A DNA stretch of 64,000 nt from Candidatus Nanopelagicus sp. (GCA_046095545.1 JBJTJQ010000040.1:9817-73816), one strand, 5' to 3'; positions 47,427-58,811 are shown, counted from the first letter of the stretch. Numbers and translations are program-made. The notes: generated by a model not told the origin, from the letters alone.

Positions 47427-49193
47427 TTATTTAATTAGCGCACTCAATACTAAATCTACATAAACATCTGAACCTAATGGGCTTAAATGAATACCATCTG
47501 GTGCAAATAACTCTGGACGATCTTTCGAAATTCGATCCCAATCAATTAAGGTAACTTTAGAATAACGAGATGCAACTTTAGAAATTATTAAATTGTTTTG
47601 CTCTCGCCAAGCTCTTGGAACAGCAGTGTTCACCACAATAATTTGGGGTTGGTTTTTAACCACCTCAAAAATATCAATCACTGTTTGTTCAGAAAGAGCA
47701 TTGTTATTTCCTAGATTAAAGATAACTGGTGATTCTGGCACTGCAACTTGGTCTACCCGGAGTGCGGCTAACAATTCAGGAGCTTGTCGGCCAACTCGGG
47801 CATTGACCAATGAGACATGCTCTTTACTCTCTAATTTACTTCTAATACCTAAAATCACGCTATCGCCAGTAACCCAAAGTCCAGTTGTGTCAGCGAGATC
47901 TTTCTGTTCAAAATTCTGATCATTTGCACTTTGGGTAATATCGGTTGCAATCTGATCGCCCTTGTTTATAGCTTGAATTGAAATGGATGATGTAATGGCA
48001 AGCACAATTACTATTGAAGCCAAAATAGATATTTGCTGACGAAGTTTTACTTTAGCTGAGCGATACTTCATTCCTCTAAACCAGTTTTGAACAACTCCTT
48101 GGCGAAATGGAATCTCTACCCAACGAAGTGAGATATCAGCTAGCGCTAGCACCAGTAAGACTCGGGCTAAATAAAGCGCCCAAGTTTCACCAGTTAAATC
48201 AACGCTGGGACGGGTGACTTGAAAAATAACCCAGTGCCATATGTATATTCCATAACTTCTCTGCCCTACCCAGCGAAAGGGGGCACTACTAATAATTGGC
48301 GCAAATCTTGATGCTGGGTGAACTAAGGAGATAATTACCAAGCACCCAAATACTCCAGCTAATGGAAAAGCGATTTGATAAAGACTGGCATTGTTTGCAT
48401 CAATAAATAAAAATGTGGCAACTAAACCTAATAAACCAGCTACACCAATTCCATCAATTACATCTTGAGCTCTTTTTTCTATATCAGCACTTAGATTTTG
48501 GGGAATCCAAGAGACAGCAAGTGCTGATCCTAGAAATAAGCCAATTGAATGTGTATCTGTCCCAAAATAAACATGGCTAACTTGCTGAGCATTTGAATGA
48601 TCTAGTTGGAAAGATACAAAAAATAATGCAATACCAGATACCATGGCGATAATTAATGCTGAACGAGCAATATGCCTTTTGCCAAAATACTTTAAAACTG
48701 CAAGTAAAATGATGGGCCAAATTAAGTAGTACTGTAATTCAACAGCAAGTGACCAAGTATGTTGAAGCAGTGGTGGTCGACCAATAGTTTCAAAGTAATC
48801 TTGCTGTCTGGCAACAAGTGACCAGTTCATCGTGCCGGTTAATACATAGGGTAAATCAGTCAAGAATCTCTTTATTGCCTCCGGTGCCCAAACGCCAATA
48901 AAAATAATGGTGGAGATAATCATGAATAATAAACCTGGGTAAATTCTTCTTAATCGTGCAGCATAAAAAGCACGTAGATCTAATGCGCTAGATTGATTTA
49001 TTGAATCCAGAATTAAACGAGTAATGACATATCCAGAGATGACAAAAAATAAATCAACACCTAGAAATCCACCTGGAATCCAAGAGATGCCTAAGTGATA
49101 GAGCACCACTGCAGTAACTGCAATTGCTCTAAGGCCATCAATCGAGGAGATATGGCGGATGCCTATTTTGCCAGTTGTATTTTTTGAACTCAT
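47427..49193 (-). CDS. Acyltransferase-3 plus SGNH domain protein (OatA-like O-acetyltransferase)
   Basis: IDGLRAIAV, GGFLGVDLFFVISG, HTWSLAVE, GDSV, GNN, DGIH. Confidence 0.9.
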   Translation of the reverse strand: MSSKNTTGKIGIRHISSIDGLRAIAVTAVVLYHLGISWIPGGFLGVDLFFVISGYVITRLILDSINQSSALDLRAFYAARLRRIYPGLLFMIISTIIFIGVWAPEAIKRFLTDLPYVLTGTMNWSLVARQQDYFETIGRPPLLQHTWSLAVELQYYLIWPIILLAVLKYFGKRHIARSALIIAMVSGIALFFVSFQLDHSNAQQVSHVYFGTDTHSIGLFLGSALAVSWIPQNLSADIEKRAQDVIDGIGVAGLLGLVATFLFIDANNASLYQIAFPLAGVFGCLVIISLVHPASRFAPIISSAPFRWVGQRSYGIYIWHWVIFQVTRPSVDLTGETWALYLARVLLVLALADISLRWVEIPFRQGVVQNWFRGMKYRSAKVKLRQQISILASIVIVLAITSSISIQAINKGDQIATDITQSANDQNFEQKDLADTTGLWVTGDSVILGIRSKLESKEHVSLVNARVGRQAPELLAALRVDQVAVPESPVIFNLGNNNALSEQTVIDIFEVVKNQPQIIVVNTAVPRAWREQNNLIISKVASRYSKVTLIDWDRISKDRPELFAPDGIHLSPLGSDVYVDLVLSALIK

Positions 49194-49234
49194 AAAATAT
49201 CACCTATATGAAGTTATTAACTTCAAACTTTAGG

Positions 49235-50026
49235 TTACTTCTTTTTCTGATTTTTACTGTTAGCTGTTTTTTGTTTTCTAGCTGCAGCAGCAGCTGCTTT
49301 TTTGCCAGCGCCTGGTATATAAGTTTTTCCAGCAGGTCTATTTTGGCCATCTAGATTTGCATTAATATCCATTTGCAATTGGGAAAGTCGATCAAAGGCG
49401 TGCTTTAGTTTTTGTCTTGACTCCTGGATTGCGTGCTCTGCTGCATTTAGAGAGGCATTTTGGGCTCTGTGTAATCTTTCGGCTTCAGAGATTGCAGAGG
49501 ATAGCCAAGAGCGATAGTCGACAATATTTTTTGAAGCATCTTCAATTAATTTTTGAGCATCTCGTCTTGCTGCTGAAGTCATCTGAGCTGCTTCACGTGC
49601 AGATTTATTTAATATCTCATCAGCTTTACCTTCAGCATTAATAATAAGTTCAGCCGCATCATCTTCGGCAGCTGATATATATTTACGACCTCGGGACTCA
49701 GCCGATGAAAGAATACTTTTTGCTTTAGATTCAGCACTTTCTAATTTTTCTTTGGCTGCTCTATTTGTTTCATTTACAATCCTAGAAACCGATGCATTGG
49801 CCTTAGCTTCACGTTGTTGAGCAGATTTAATAATGCTCATTGCAGTTTCGGTGGCTAATATTTCAAACTCTTCACGGCTTAATCCCGTGATATCACGCCT
49901 AGAGCGAAGATCATTTAACTGACTTTCCAGTTCGCGAATTCGTTCTAACGCATTTTGTGATGGCGCAGGCTTATTTTCATCCTCGCCCTTAAATCCAACC
50001 CATGATAAGAAATTTTTATCTGCCAT
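49235..50026 (-). CDS. Coiled-coil protein, FilP/DivIVA-like
   Basis: Long Ala/Glu/Lys-rich helical repeats (AESKAKSILSSAE..AEGKADEIL); start MADKNFLSWVGF. Confidence 0.65.
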   Translation of the reverse strand: MADKNFLSWVGFKGEDENKPAPSQNALERIRELESQLNDLRSRRDITGLSREEFEILATETAMSIIKSAQQREAKANASVSRIVNETNRAAKEKLESAESKAKSILSSAESRGRKYISAAEDDAAELIINAEGKADEILNKSAREAAQMTSAARRDAQKLIEDASKNIVDYRSWLSSAISEAERLHRAQNASLNAAEHAIQESRQKLKHAFDRLSQLQMDINANLDGQNRPAGKTYIPGAGKKAAAAAARKQKTANSKNQKKK

Positions 50027-50062
50027 GCCTCTAGCCTTCCCTACAAAATTATTAAATACAAC

Positions 50063-50144
50063 TGGTGCGGGAGGTGGGACTTGAACCCACACGCCGAAGC
50101 ACAGGTTCCTAAGACCTGCGTGTCTGCCATTTCACCACTCCCGC
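50063..50144 (-). tRNA. tRNA-Leu (TAG)
   Basis: GCGGGAG acceptor stem, CAGGT-CTTAGGA-ACCTG anticodon arm, variable arm GCTTCGGC, GTTCAAGT, CCA. Confidence 0.96.
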
Positions 50145-50241
50145 ATTGCCAAGTAAGTGAGGGGCAAAGATTACGGCTTAAATAGCGGCATCACCAAAAC
50201 TCAGCGACCTTTAGCAAGCTCAAGCGGGTAACCTTGCTCAA

Positions 50242-51927
50242 ATGAGTGAAGATTCAGTGCAAAGTGAGGTTGCTTCGGCAATCTATAAAGCGCTGGAAAT
50301 AGCCAAAAAATCAAATTTACTTCAGTGCCAGATTCCTGCTCAAATTATTTTAGAACGACCAAAAAATCGCGACCATGGAGATTATGCAACTTCAATTGCA
50401 TTAACGCTTGCAAAGCCGGCAAATTTGCAGCCCAGGGTGATTGCGCAGGTGATTGTCGATTCTATGAACAGTAATAATTTATTAGCTCCAGCAGGTATAA
50501 GCAAGACAGAAATTGCCGGGCCTGGATTTATAAATATAACTTTGGTCGCTGCAAGCCAGGCGGCAATTATTCCTAAGATTATTTCTGCTGGAAAAGCGTA
50601 TGGTTCCAGTAATTTACTAACTGGGAAAAGGATTAATCTAGAGTTTGTAAGTGCAAATCCAACTGGGCCACTTCATTTAGGACATACTCGCTGGGCGGCT
50701 GTTGGCGACTCATTGGGCAGAGTTTTGAGTGCCGCTGGCGCTGAAGTTACACGTGAGTTTTATATTAATGATCGCGGAAATCAAATGGATTTATTTGGCG
50801 CCTCAATTAGGGCAGCAGCATTAAATCAACCACGACCTGAATCTGGTTATCATGGTGCATATATTGAAGATCTAGCAAATCTGATACAAAAAAGTAATCC
50901 CGACTTAATTAGCTTGCCAGAGAGTGAATCGATTGCTGCTTTTCGTGATGCTGGATACAAACTTCAATTAGCTCAACAAAATCAAGTTTTAGATAATTTT
51001 GGAACCCATTTTGATGTTTGGTTTTCAGAAAAAACTTTATATGAAAATGATTTTTTTGATCATTCATTAAATAAATTAAAAGCTCAGGGGCATGTATATG
51101 AGTTAGAGGGTGCAACCTGGCTCAGAACGACTGACTTTGGTGATGATAAAGATCGCGTAATGATTAAATCCGATGGTTCGTTTGCGTACTTTGCATCGGA
51201 CTCTGCTTACTATGTGAGTAAAAGAGAGCGCGGCTTCAATCTTTGTATTTATATGTTGGGAGCAGATCACCATGGATATGTTGGAAGAATTAAGGCTATA
51301 GCTGCATGTGCTGGTGATGATAAAGATAAAGACGTAGAGGTATTGATTGGCCAGATGGTAAAAATTATTGAAGGTGGCGAAGAAATAAAACTATCTAAGC
51401 GGGCTGGCACAATTATTACTTTAGAAGAGTTAGTAGAAAAAGTAGGCAAAGATGCTGCTAGATACACTCTAATTAGATTTCCTACTGATACCCCCATGGT
51501 TATGGATGTTGACCTGCTACGGAAGAACACAAATGAAAACCCTGTTTATTATGTGCAATATGCACATGCGCGAATTTGTGCAGTACTTAGAAATGCTAAA
51601 GATTATGGAATTGATTATGAAATCAAGAGTTTTAATCCAGCTCTCTTAGTTCATGAGCGAGAACGAGAATTAATCGGACTATTGGCAGAGTTTCCACGAA
51701 TTGTTTCAGCTGCCGCGCAAGCAAGAGAGCCACATCGAGTTGCTAGATATATTGAAGATTTAGCAAGTCAGTACCATCGCTTTTATAACGATTGTCGAGT
51801 ACTGCCATTAGGGGATGAAAAACCTACTGAATTAAACTCTGCCAGAGCCACTCTCTGCCTTGCTACCGCCCAAGTGATTAGCAATGGTTTAGATTTACTT
51901 GGTGTTAGTGCACCGGAGAAGATGTGA
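50242..51927 (+). CDS. argS: Arginyl-tRNA synthetase
   Basis: EFVSANPTGPLHLGH, GADHHGY, YVQYAHAR. Confidence 0.97.
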   Translation: MSEDSVQSEVASAIYKALEIAKKSNLLQCQIPAQIILERPKNRDHGDYATSIALTLAKPANLQPRVIAQVIVDSMNSNNLLAPAGISKTEIAGPGFINITLVAASQAAIIPKIISAGKAYGSSNLLTGKRINLEFVSANPTGPLHLGHTRWAAVGDSLGRVLSAAGAEVTREFYINDRGNQMDLFGASIRAAALNQPRPESGYHGAYIEDLANLIQKSNPDLISLPESESIAAFRDAGYKLQLAQQNQVLDNFGTHFDVWFSEKTLYENDFFDHSLNKLKAQGHVYELEGATWLRTTDFGDDKDRVMIKSDGSFAYFASDSAYYVSKRERGFNLCIYMLGADHHGYVGRIKAIAACAGDDKDKDVEVLIGQMVKIIEGGEEIKLSKRAGTIITLEELVEKVGKDAARYTLIRFPTDTPMVMDVDLLRKNTNENPVYYVQYAHARICAVLRNAKDYGIDYEIKSFNPALLVHERERELIGLLAEFPRIVSAAAQAREPHRVARYIEDLASQYHRFYNDCRVLPLGDEKPTELNSARATLCLATAQVISNGLDLLGVSAPEKM

Positions 51928-53297
51928 TGAAAAGTAAAAATTATCCAACCTCATTATTCTCAAGTAATTTAGTATTTGCCAAGGAGAATGAATTTGGCGG
52001 TGATCTTTCAGTTGCCGGCTGCAGCGCCCAAAAATTAGTCAAAGAGTTTGGTTCACCAACTTTTATAATAGATCAAGACGATTTTTTCTTACGGGCCAAC
52101 GCTTGGCAAGCAGCATTAGAATCAGAGTTTGAAGATTGCCAGCTTTACTATGCGGCCAAGGCTTTTATAAGTATTGAAGTTGCTAAATGGCTTAAAGAAT
52201 TAAATGTCGGTATTGATGTTTGTAGTGCAGGTGAATTACAAGTGGCTTTGGCAGCTAAATTTCCACCTACGGCTATTGAATTTCATGGAAATAATAAATC
52301 TGAAGATGAAATTAGGTTAGCCATTGCATCAGGTGTGGGAACAATTGTTATCGACTCGTTTGACGAAATTAAAAGAGTCTCATCGATTGCTCAAGATCTA
52401 GGTAAGGTTCAAAAGATTTATTTGAGACTTACCCCTGGCGTAGATGCACATACTCACGAGTTTATTTCTACTGCACATGAAGATGTAAAATTTGGATTTT
52501 CAATTGCCTCTGGAAGTGCCAGTGAAGCAATCGAGCAATGCATGTTAGAAAAATCGCTTAACTTGGCTGGAATTCACGCTCACATTGGATCCCAAATTTT
52601 TGAGTTAGATGGGTTTTCATTAGCAGCCAAACGACTAGTCGATGTACTTGTTACATTTAAAGGTAAGTATGGAAAGGAGCTTACTGATCTAAATATTGGT
52701 GGCGGATTTGGTATTGCCTATACCAAATCTGAAAGTGCGATTGCACCTGATTATATAATTCCTGAAATTGCGAAAGTGATTAAGACTGAGTGTAAAAAAG
52801 CTGGAATCTCTATACCTAAAATTTCAATCGAGCCAGGTCGGGCAATTGTGGGTCCAACAACAATAACAATTTATACCGTTGGGACAAGTAAGAATGTAGT
52901 TTTAGATGATGGTTCAATTCGTCGATACATTTCAGTTGATGGTGGAATGAGTGAGAACATTCGACCTGCTTTATATGGTGCAAAATATTCAGTATTTTTA
53001 GCAAATAGGGTTTCAAGTGCAAAACCAGTAAAAAGCAGATTAGTTGGAAAGCATTGTGAAACTGGCGACATTCTAATTGTTGATGTTGATTTACCTGAAG
53101 ATGTAAAGGCAGGTGACTTACTTGCAATGCCAGCAACTGGAGCTTATGGTCGGAGCATGGCAAGCAACTACAACCACATGCCACGTCCAGCAGTAGTTTC
53201 AGTACAAAAAGGCAGCGCCAAATTGATTGTGCGCAGGGAAAATGAGCAAGATTTGCTTAATCTGGATGTAGATCAAGCGCCACGGCAACTGTCATAA
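51924..53297 (+). CDS. lysA: Diaminopimelate decarboxylase
   Basis: YAAKA, HIGSQ, GGGFG, EPGR, HCETGD. Confidence 0.96.
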   Translation: MMKSKNYPTSLFSSNLVFAKENEFGGDLSVAGCSAQKLVKEFGSPTFIIDQDDFFLRANAWQAALESEFEDCQLYYAAKAFISIEVAKWLKELNVGIDVCSAGELQVALAAKFPPTAIEFHGNNKSEDEIRLAIASGVGTIVIDSFDEIKRVSSIAQDLGKVQKIYLRLTPGVDAHTHEFISTAHEDVKFGFSIASGSASEAIEQCMLEKSLNLAGIHAHIGSQIFELDGFSLAAKRLVDVLVTFKGKYGKELTDLNIGGGFGIAYTKSESAIAPDYIIPEIAKVIKTECKKAGISIPKISIEPGRAIVGPTTITIYTVGTSKNVVLDDGSIRRYISVDGGMSENIRPALYGAKYSVFLANRVSSAKPVKSRLVGKHCETGDILIVDVDLPEDVKAGDLLAMPATGAYGRSMASNYNHMPRPAVVSVQKGSAKLIVRRENEQDLLNLDVDQAPRQLS

Positions 53298-53316
53298 ATT
53301 TGAGATACTTACTTCC

Positions 53317-54600
53317 ATGAAAACACTGAAAGTAGGGATGCTGGGCTGCGGCGTTGTTGGGCTACAAATTGCCCGACTACTCATTAGCAATAAGACTGAC
53401 CTATCTTCTAGAGCCGGAGCAAATCTAGAATTAGTTAAGATTGCAGTTAGAGATAGCAAAATTAAGCGTGAGGGTCTTTCAGCAAATTTATTTACAAGCG
53501 ATTCTAATTCAGTTGTTTCTGACCCAGAAATAGATTTAATAATTGAAGTAATTGGTGGTATTGACCCAGCAAAAGATCTAATTCTTAATGCAATTAAAAA
53601 TGGAAAATCGGTTGTGACTGCAAATAAGGCCTTGCTGGCTAAACACGGGGCAATTTTGTATGCGGCCGCTGATAAAGCGAATGTAGATTTATATTATGAA
53701 GCAGCCGTCGCAGGCGCAATTCCAATTCTTCGTCCACTACGAGAATCTCTGGTCGGAGATCATGTTTTAAGAGTTATGGGAATTGTTAATGGTACAACTA
53801 ACTACATCCTGACGAAAATGGATGAAAATGGGACAGCATTTGCAGATGCGCTTAAGCAAGCACAAGATCTTGGTTTTGCTGAATCAGATCCAACTGCTGA
53901 TGTTGAAGGTATTGATGCAGCTGCTAAGGCAGCTATTTTGGCGAGCCTTGCTTTCCACTCAAGAGTTACAGATGCTGATGTTTATCGCGAGGGAATTTCA
54001 AAAATTACTTCTGCTGATGTGAAGGTTGCTAAAGCTATTGATATGGTAATTAAATTACTAGCGATCGCAGAGTTAACTACTGACGGAAGTATTTCGGTTC
54101 GAGTACACCCAGCATTAATTTCAAAGGATCACCCACTTGCATCAGTTAAAGATTCATTTAACGCTGTTTTTGTGGAAACCGAAGCCGCTGGACAGATGAT
54201 GTTTTATGGACGAGGTGCTGGTGGTGAGCCAACTGCAAGTGCAGTACTTGGTGATCTAGTAGCGGTTGCTAGGCATAGAGTTTCAGGTGGCATAGGGCCA
54301 AAAGAAAGTGATTACGCAGATCTTAAAATTGCACCAATTGGTGAGACTAAAACTCGGTATTTAATTCGATTAAATGTGGCAGATAAGCCCGGTGTGCTTG
54401 AATCTGTAGCTCATGTTTTTGCCTCGCATCAAGTTTCTATTCAAACAGTTCGGCAAACTGGTGCAGGCGATAAGGCTGAGTTAATTGTGATGACCCATAG
54501 TTCTACCGAATCCTCATTGAGTGCAACTGTAAAAGATCTGGGCAAACTATCTGCCGTAACCGATGTCGCTAGCGTCTTGCGAGTAGAGGGAATTAACTAA
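53317..54600 (+). CDS. hom: Homoserine dehydrogenase with ACT domain
   Basis: [26 protein letters not shown]. Confidence 0.96.
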   Translation: MKTLKVGMLGCGVVGLQIARLLISNKTDLSSRAGANLELVKIAVRDSKIKREGLSANLFTSDSNSVVSDPEIDLIIEVIGGIDPAKDLILNAIKNGKSVVTANKALLAKHGAILYAAADKANVDLYYEAAVAGAIPILRPLRESLVGDHVLRVMGIVNGTTNYILTKMDENGTAFADALKQAQDLGFAESDPTADVEGIDAAAKAAILASLAFHSRVTDADVYREGISKITSADVKVAKAIDMVIKLLAIAELTTDGSISVRVHPALISKDHPLASVKDSFNAVFVETEAAGQMMFYGRGAGGEPTASAVLGDLVAVARHRVSGGIGPKESDYADLKIAPIGETKTRYLIRLNVADKPGVLESVAHVFASHQVSIQTVRQTGAGDKAELIVMTHSSTESSLSATVKDLGKLSAVTDVASVLRVEGIN

Positions 54601-55691
54601 TGTCTATTGCTAATTTGTTTGGTAAAAAATCAGGTGCTCATCAATGGCAAGGTGTGATTAATGAGTATAGAAAATGGCTGCCAGTAACTGAACAAACACC
54701 AGTAATAACATTATGTGAGGGTGGGACGCCATTAGTTCATGCCGAGTATTTTTCTAAATTACTAGGTAATGAAGTCTGGTTAAAGGTTGAAGGAGCTAAC
54801 CCAACTGGTTCTTTCAAAGATCGTGGTATGACCATGGCGATTTCAAAAGCGGCAGAGGATGGTGCAAAAGCAGTAATCTGTGCATCTACCGGTAACACAA
54901 GTGCAAGTGCTGCTGCTTATGCTACAAAAGCAGGAATGAAACCTGTGGTATTAGTCCCACAAGGAAAAATTGCAATGGGCAAGCTAGCTCAAGCTATTGC
55001 TCATGGCGCGGTGTTATTACAAGTTAAGGGTAACTTTGATGATTGTTTAACTCTGGCTAAAGAATTATCTGAAAATTATCCAGTATCACTAGTGAATTCA
55101 GTAAATCCTTTCCGAATTGAAGGTCAGAAAACTGCAGCCTTTGAAGTGGTCGATATGTTAAAAACTGCGCCAGATATTCATGTCATGCCAGTTGGTAATG
55201 CTGGAAACATAACTGCTTATTGGGCGGGTTATCAAGAGTATAAAAAAGCTGGCGTAGTAAGAAATTTACCTATGATGTGGGGATTTCAAGCAGCTGGCGC
55301 TGCTCCAATTGTTAAGAATAAAATTGTTAAAAACCCTGAAACTATTGCAACTGCCATTCGAATTGGAAATCCAGCTTCTTGGGATCAGGCTGTGGCAGCA
55401 CAAGTAGGCTCTAAGGGCTTAATCGATTCTGTTACTGACAAAGAGATTTTATATGCCTATAGATTAGTGGCGGCAAAAGAAGGTGTCTTTATTGAACCTT
55501 CAAGTGCTGCAGGCCTTGCTGGTTTAATTAAAAAGAAAGAACAACGAAAACTACCAAAGGGGCAACTAATAGTTGTAACGGTTACTGGTAATGGATTAAA
55601 AGATGTGCAGTGGGTTTTAAACTCTGCTGGTAAACCGATTGTAATTCCAGTTGATTTAAAACGAGCTGCAAAGATAATTGGTCTTAAATAA
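54600..55691 (+). CDS. thrC: Threonine synthase
   Basis: [24 protein letters not shown]. Confidence 0.95.
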   Translation: MSIANLFGKKSGAHQWQGVINEYRKWLPVTEQTPVITLCEGGTPLVHAEYFSKLLGNEVWLKVEGANPTGSFKDRGMTMAISKAAEDGAKAVICASTGNTSASAAAYATKAGMKPVVLVPQGKIAMGKLAQAIAHGAVLLQVKGNFDDCLTLAKELSENYPVSLVNSVNPFRIEGQKTAAFEVVDMLKTAPDIHVMPVGNAGNITAYWAGYQEYKKAGVVRNLPMMWGFQAAGAAPIVKNKIVKNPETIATAIRIGNPASWDQAVAAQVGSKGLIDSVTDKEILYAYRLVAAKEGVFIEPSSAAGLAGLIKKKEQRKLPKGQLIVVTVTGNGLKDVQWVLNSAGKPIVIPVDLKRAAKIIGLK

Positions 55692-56641
55692 TGGCATCAA
55701 AGAAAGTTAATAGTGGTGTAACTTTCAAAGCCACCATGGCGCAGGTCAGTGTGCCAGCTACTAGCGCCAATATTGGTCCTGGATTTGATTCATTTGGCTT
55801 AGCGCTAGAGCTACGTGATCGCTATGCCGCACAAGTGTTAGATGAACCAAACTTTGATGTTGATGTCAGCGGCGAAGGAGCAGCTGAGGTAAAGAAAGAT
55901 GCTAAGAATTTAGTTATTAAGTCCATGTTGCGTGGCTTTGAGCATATGGGAGCTAAACCAAAAGGCATAGCGCTTAGAGCTTTGAATGTTATCCCACATG
56001 GTCGAGGGCTTGGTTCCTCAGCAAGTGCAATTGTCGGTGGCCTAACTCTTGCCAGATCTTTAGTTTTAACCGGTGAGCAGTATATGAGTAATGATGATTT
56101 GATTACATTAGCAACAGAATTAGAGGGACATCCAGATAATATTGCTGCAGCTTTTTATGGTGGTGCAACAATTGCCTGGATTGAAAAATCAGTTAGTGTA
56201 AATGGGATTAGTACTGAAGTTGGAAAAGCTGTTAGTTTAAAGGTTGATGATCGAATAAAAGCATTATTACTTATACCGGCAAATCAATTGGCTACTACTA
56301 AAGCAAGAAAACTTCTGCCGGAGAATATTCCCCACCAAGATGCGGTTCTTAATTCATCCCGATCTGCCTTACTTGTGCATGCTTTGGCTGAGCGACCAGA
56401 TCTATTATTTACGGCCACTGAAGATTTACTACACCAAAGATATAGAGAATCTGCAATGCCAAAAACTATTGCCTTGGTAGAGAAATTACGTGGCGCAGGT
56501 CTTGCGGCGGTAGTTTCTGGAGCAGGCCCTTCAGTTATGGTTTTGTACTCAAACAGTGAAGACGAGATAGATCAGGTGGCATCATTGGCTCCCGGGTTTA
56601 ATGCTTTAAAACTAGAGATAGCCAAAACCGGGGCACAGTAG
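55691..56641 (+). CDS. thrB: Homoserine kinase
   Basis: PATSANIGPGFD, PHGRGLGSS, EGHPDN, SGAGP. Confidence 0.96.
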   Translation: MASKKVNSGVTFKATMAQVSVPATSANIGPGFDSFGLALELRDRYAAQVLDEPNFDVDVSGEGAAEVKKDAKNLVIKSMLRGFEHMGAKPKGIALRALNVIPHGRGLGSSASAIVGGLTLARSLVLTGEQYMSNDDLITLATELEGHPDNIAAAFYGGATIAWIEKSVSVNGISTEVGKAVSLKVDDRIKALLLIPANQLATTKARKLLPENIPHQDAVLNSSRSALLVHALAERPDLLFTATEDLLHQRYRESAMPKTIALVEKLRGAGLAAVVSGAGPSVMVLYSNSEDEIDQVASLAPGFNALKLEIAKTGAQ

Positions 56642-56785
56642 GCGCTTTTCCCAATATCTCTTGAGTGTGGTAGATTTACCCCTGTCGGAAAGTGCGACAG
56701 AAATAATAAAAATCCCAAAAATTAAAACCTTTTTTCTGGGTACTTCTCAATAAAAATATGAATAAGAAAGAATGGCAATAAGTAA

Positions 56786-58405
56786 ATGGCAGATAAGAAA
56801 AAGACTAGCCGCTCAGATGCGGTTGAGTTAGTAGATATGGCTTTAGGTGATTTAAAGAAAGTTGCTGGACAGCTTGGTATTGAAAACGCATCTACCCTTA
56901 AAAAAGCTGAGTTAGTGCAATCTATCGCAGACCTGCAGGCAGCAAATCGCGAGGCTGCTAAAAATGAACGAGAGGCTCGTCGTATGGAACGACAAAATAA
57001 TCGAAATAATAGAAACAATAATTCAGAGGCTGATAGAAATGATTCTGGTGGTGAGTCAGCAGTGAATAATTCAAATAACTCATCTGGTTCTTACAGTGAC
57101 TCAGATCGTGGTGAGCACCGACGTTTCGGCGGCAGAGATAATCGTAGAGATCGAGGACGTGATCGTGGCAGGGATAGAAATCGCGATCGTGGCCATCGTG
57201 AAGAGCGCGAAATTGTAATTGGACCAGATGATGTTCTACTACCAGTCGGTGGATTACTCGATATTTTAGACAGTTATGCATTTATTAGGACTGGTGGCTA
57301 CTTGCCATCCGCAAACGATGTTTATGTTTCACTTCAACAGGTCAGAAAATACGGTTTACGCAAGGGTGATGTAATTACTGGATCAGTTCGTGAACCCAAA
57401 GAGGGCGAACGTCGTGAAAAATTTAATGCTTTAGTTAGAGTTGAAACTATCAATGGTGTTGAACCTGAAAATATTAAAGAGCGAGTGGATTTCACTAAAT
57501 TAGTCCCGCTGTATCCACAAGAAAGATTAAGACTTGAAACTGAACCAAATATTTTAACCACTCGAATTATTGATCTGATCTCGCCAATTGGTAAAGGTCA
57601 ACGTGGTCTAATTGTTTCACCACCTAAAGCTGGTAAAACGATGGTATTGCAGGCGATAGCAAATGCAATTACAACTAATAATCCCGAGTGCCATCTAATG
57701 GTTGTGCTTGTAGATGAGCGCCCAGAAGAGGTAACTGATATGCAGCGTTCAGTAAAGGGAGAGGTTATTGCTTCAACATTTGATCGCCCAGCTGATGATC
57801 ACACTACTGTTGCCGAACTTGCAATTGAGCGAGCAAAAAGATTAGTCGAGCTAGGTCATGATGTGGTTGTATTACTTGATTCCATTACCCGTTTAGGACG
57901 GGCGTACAACATTGCCGCCCCAGCTTCTGGAAGAATTCTTTCTGGTGGTGTTGATTCTGCTGCCCTATATCCACCTAAGAAATTCTTTGGCGCAGCGCGA
58001 AATATTGAAAATGGCGGCTCATTAACTATTTTGGCGACGGCTTTGATTGATACCGGATCAAAGATGGATGAAGTTATTTTCGAAGAGTTTAAAGGAACTG
58101 GCAATATGGAACTAATTCTCAATCGTAAGTTTGCCGATAAGCGAATATTCCCAGCTGTTGATGTAGTTGCCTCTGGTACAAGAAAAGAAGAGATTCTCAT
58201 GGGTACTGAAGAGTTAAGTATTGTTTGGCGACTTCGTAGAGTGCTGCATGCTCTTGAGCCACAACAAGCCCTTGAACTATTACTTGAGAAGATGAAGGGC
58301 ACCAAATCAAATGTTGAGTTCCTGCTGCAAATCCAAAAAACAACTATTGGTGGAGAGCAATCTTCATCTGGCAGCTCTTCTAACAAGGAGAGCGTTGACG
58401 CTTAA
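56786..58405 (+). CDS. rho: Transcription termination factor Rho with Asn/Arg/Asp-rich N-terminal insertion
   Basis: PPKAGKT, DERPEEVTDM, DSITRL, FEEFKGTGN. Confidence 0.97.
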   Translation: MADKKKTSRSDAVELVDMALGDLKKVAGQLGIENASTLKKAELVQSIADLQAANREAAKNEREARRMERQNNRNNRNNNSEADRNDSGGESAVNNSNNSSGSYSDSDRGEHRRFGGRDNRRDRGRDRGRDRNRDRGHREEREIVIGPDDVLLPVGGLLDILDSYAFIRTGGYLPSANDVYVSLQQVRKYGLRKGDVITGSVREPKEGERREKFNALVRVETINGVEPENIKERVDFTKLVPLYPQERLRLETEPNILTTRIIDLISPIGKGQRGLIVSPPKAGKTMVLQAIANAITTNNPECHLMVVLVDERPEEVTDMQRSVKGEVIASTFDRPADDHTTVAELAIERAKRLVELGHDVVVLLDSITRLGRAYNIAAPASGRILSGGVDSAALYPPKKFFGAARNIENGGSLTILATALIDTGSKMDEVIFEEFKGTGNMELILNRKFADKRIFPAVDVVASGTRKEEILMGTEELSIVWRLRRVLHALEPQQALELLLEKMKGTKSNVEFLLQIQKTTIGGEQSSSGSSSNKESVDA

Positions 58406-58420
58406 GTAAGCGTCAATTTT
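58395..58420 (+). terminator. Hairpin over the rho stop codon (possible terminator)
   Basis: TTGACGCTTA-AG-TAAGCGTCAA-TTTT. Confidence 0.55.
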
Positions 58421-58472
58421 GACCACATAGCACTGAGAGTTATTCTTATCCCCTCTAGTACTTCACTAGTCC

Positions 58473-58518
58473 TACTGGTTCACAAGTTCATTTTTTAGGA
58501 AATGAATTTGATCCAGTA
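58473..58518 (+). promoter_or_regulatory. Structured 5' leader of rpmE (L31 r-protein leader candidate)
   Basis: TACTGG..CAAGTTCATTT/AAATGAATTTG..CCAGTA stem just upstream of SD AAGGAG. Confidence 0.6.
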
Positions 58519-58534
58519 AAAAACAAGGAGAAAT

Positions 58535-58759
58535 ATGAAGAATGAAATTCACCCACAATATGTGGAGACCAAGGTAACTTGTGGTTGCGGTGAGGTATTC
58601 ACTACCCGCAGCACAAAAGAAAGTGGTTCAATTTACGTTGAAGTGTGCTCAGTTTGTCACCCGTTTTATACCGGTAAGCAAAGAATTCTTGATACTGGTG
58701 GTCGAGTAGCCAAATTCCAGGAGCGTTTTGGAAAGGCTGATAAGTCCGGTACCAAGTAG
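58535..58759 (+). CDS. rpmE: 50S ribosomal protein L31 (Zn-binding, C+ type)
   Basis: [16 protein letters not shown]. Confidence 0.97.
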   Translation: MKNEIHPQYVETKVTCGCGEVFTTRSTKESGSIYVEVCSVCHPFYTGKQRILDTGGRVAKFQERFGKADKSGTK

Positions 58760-58770
58760 TTTTCTTAACA

Positions 58771-58811
58771 AGAGCACACATGCATCGAAAGATGGAGTGT
58801 GCTCTCTTTTT
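58771..58811 (+). terminator. Intrinsic terminator after rpmE
   Basis: AGAGCACAC..CATC-GAAA-GATG..GTGTGCTCT-CTTTTT. Confidence 0.78.

Noticed and set aside
50027-50092. N-terminal extension MWVQVPPPAP of ORF 49235..50092
   Set aside because: It is a translation of the tRNA-Leu T-arm and acceptor stem; the real start is ATG 50026
57000-57200. RD/RG/N-rich repeat in rho as a novel element
   Set aside because: Low-complexity N-terminal insertions are well known in actinobacterial Rho
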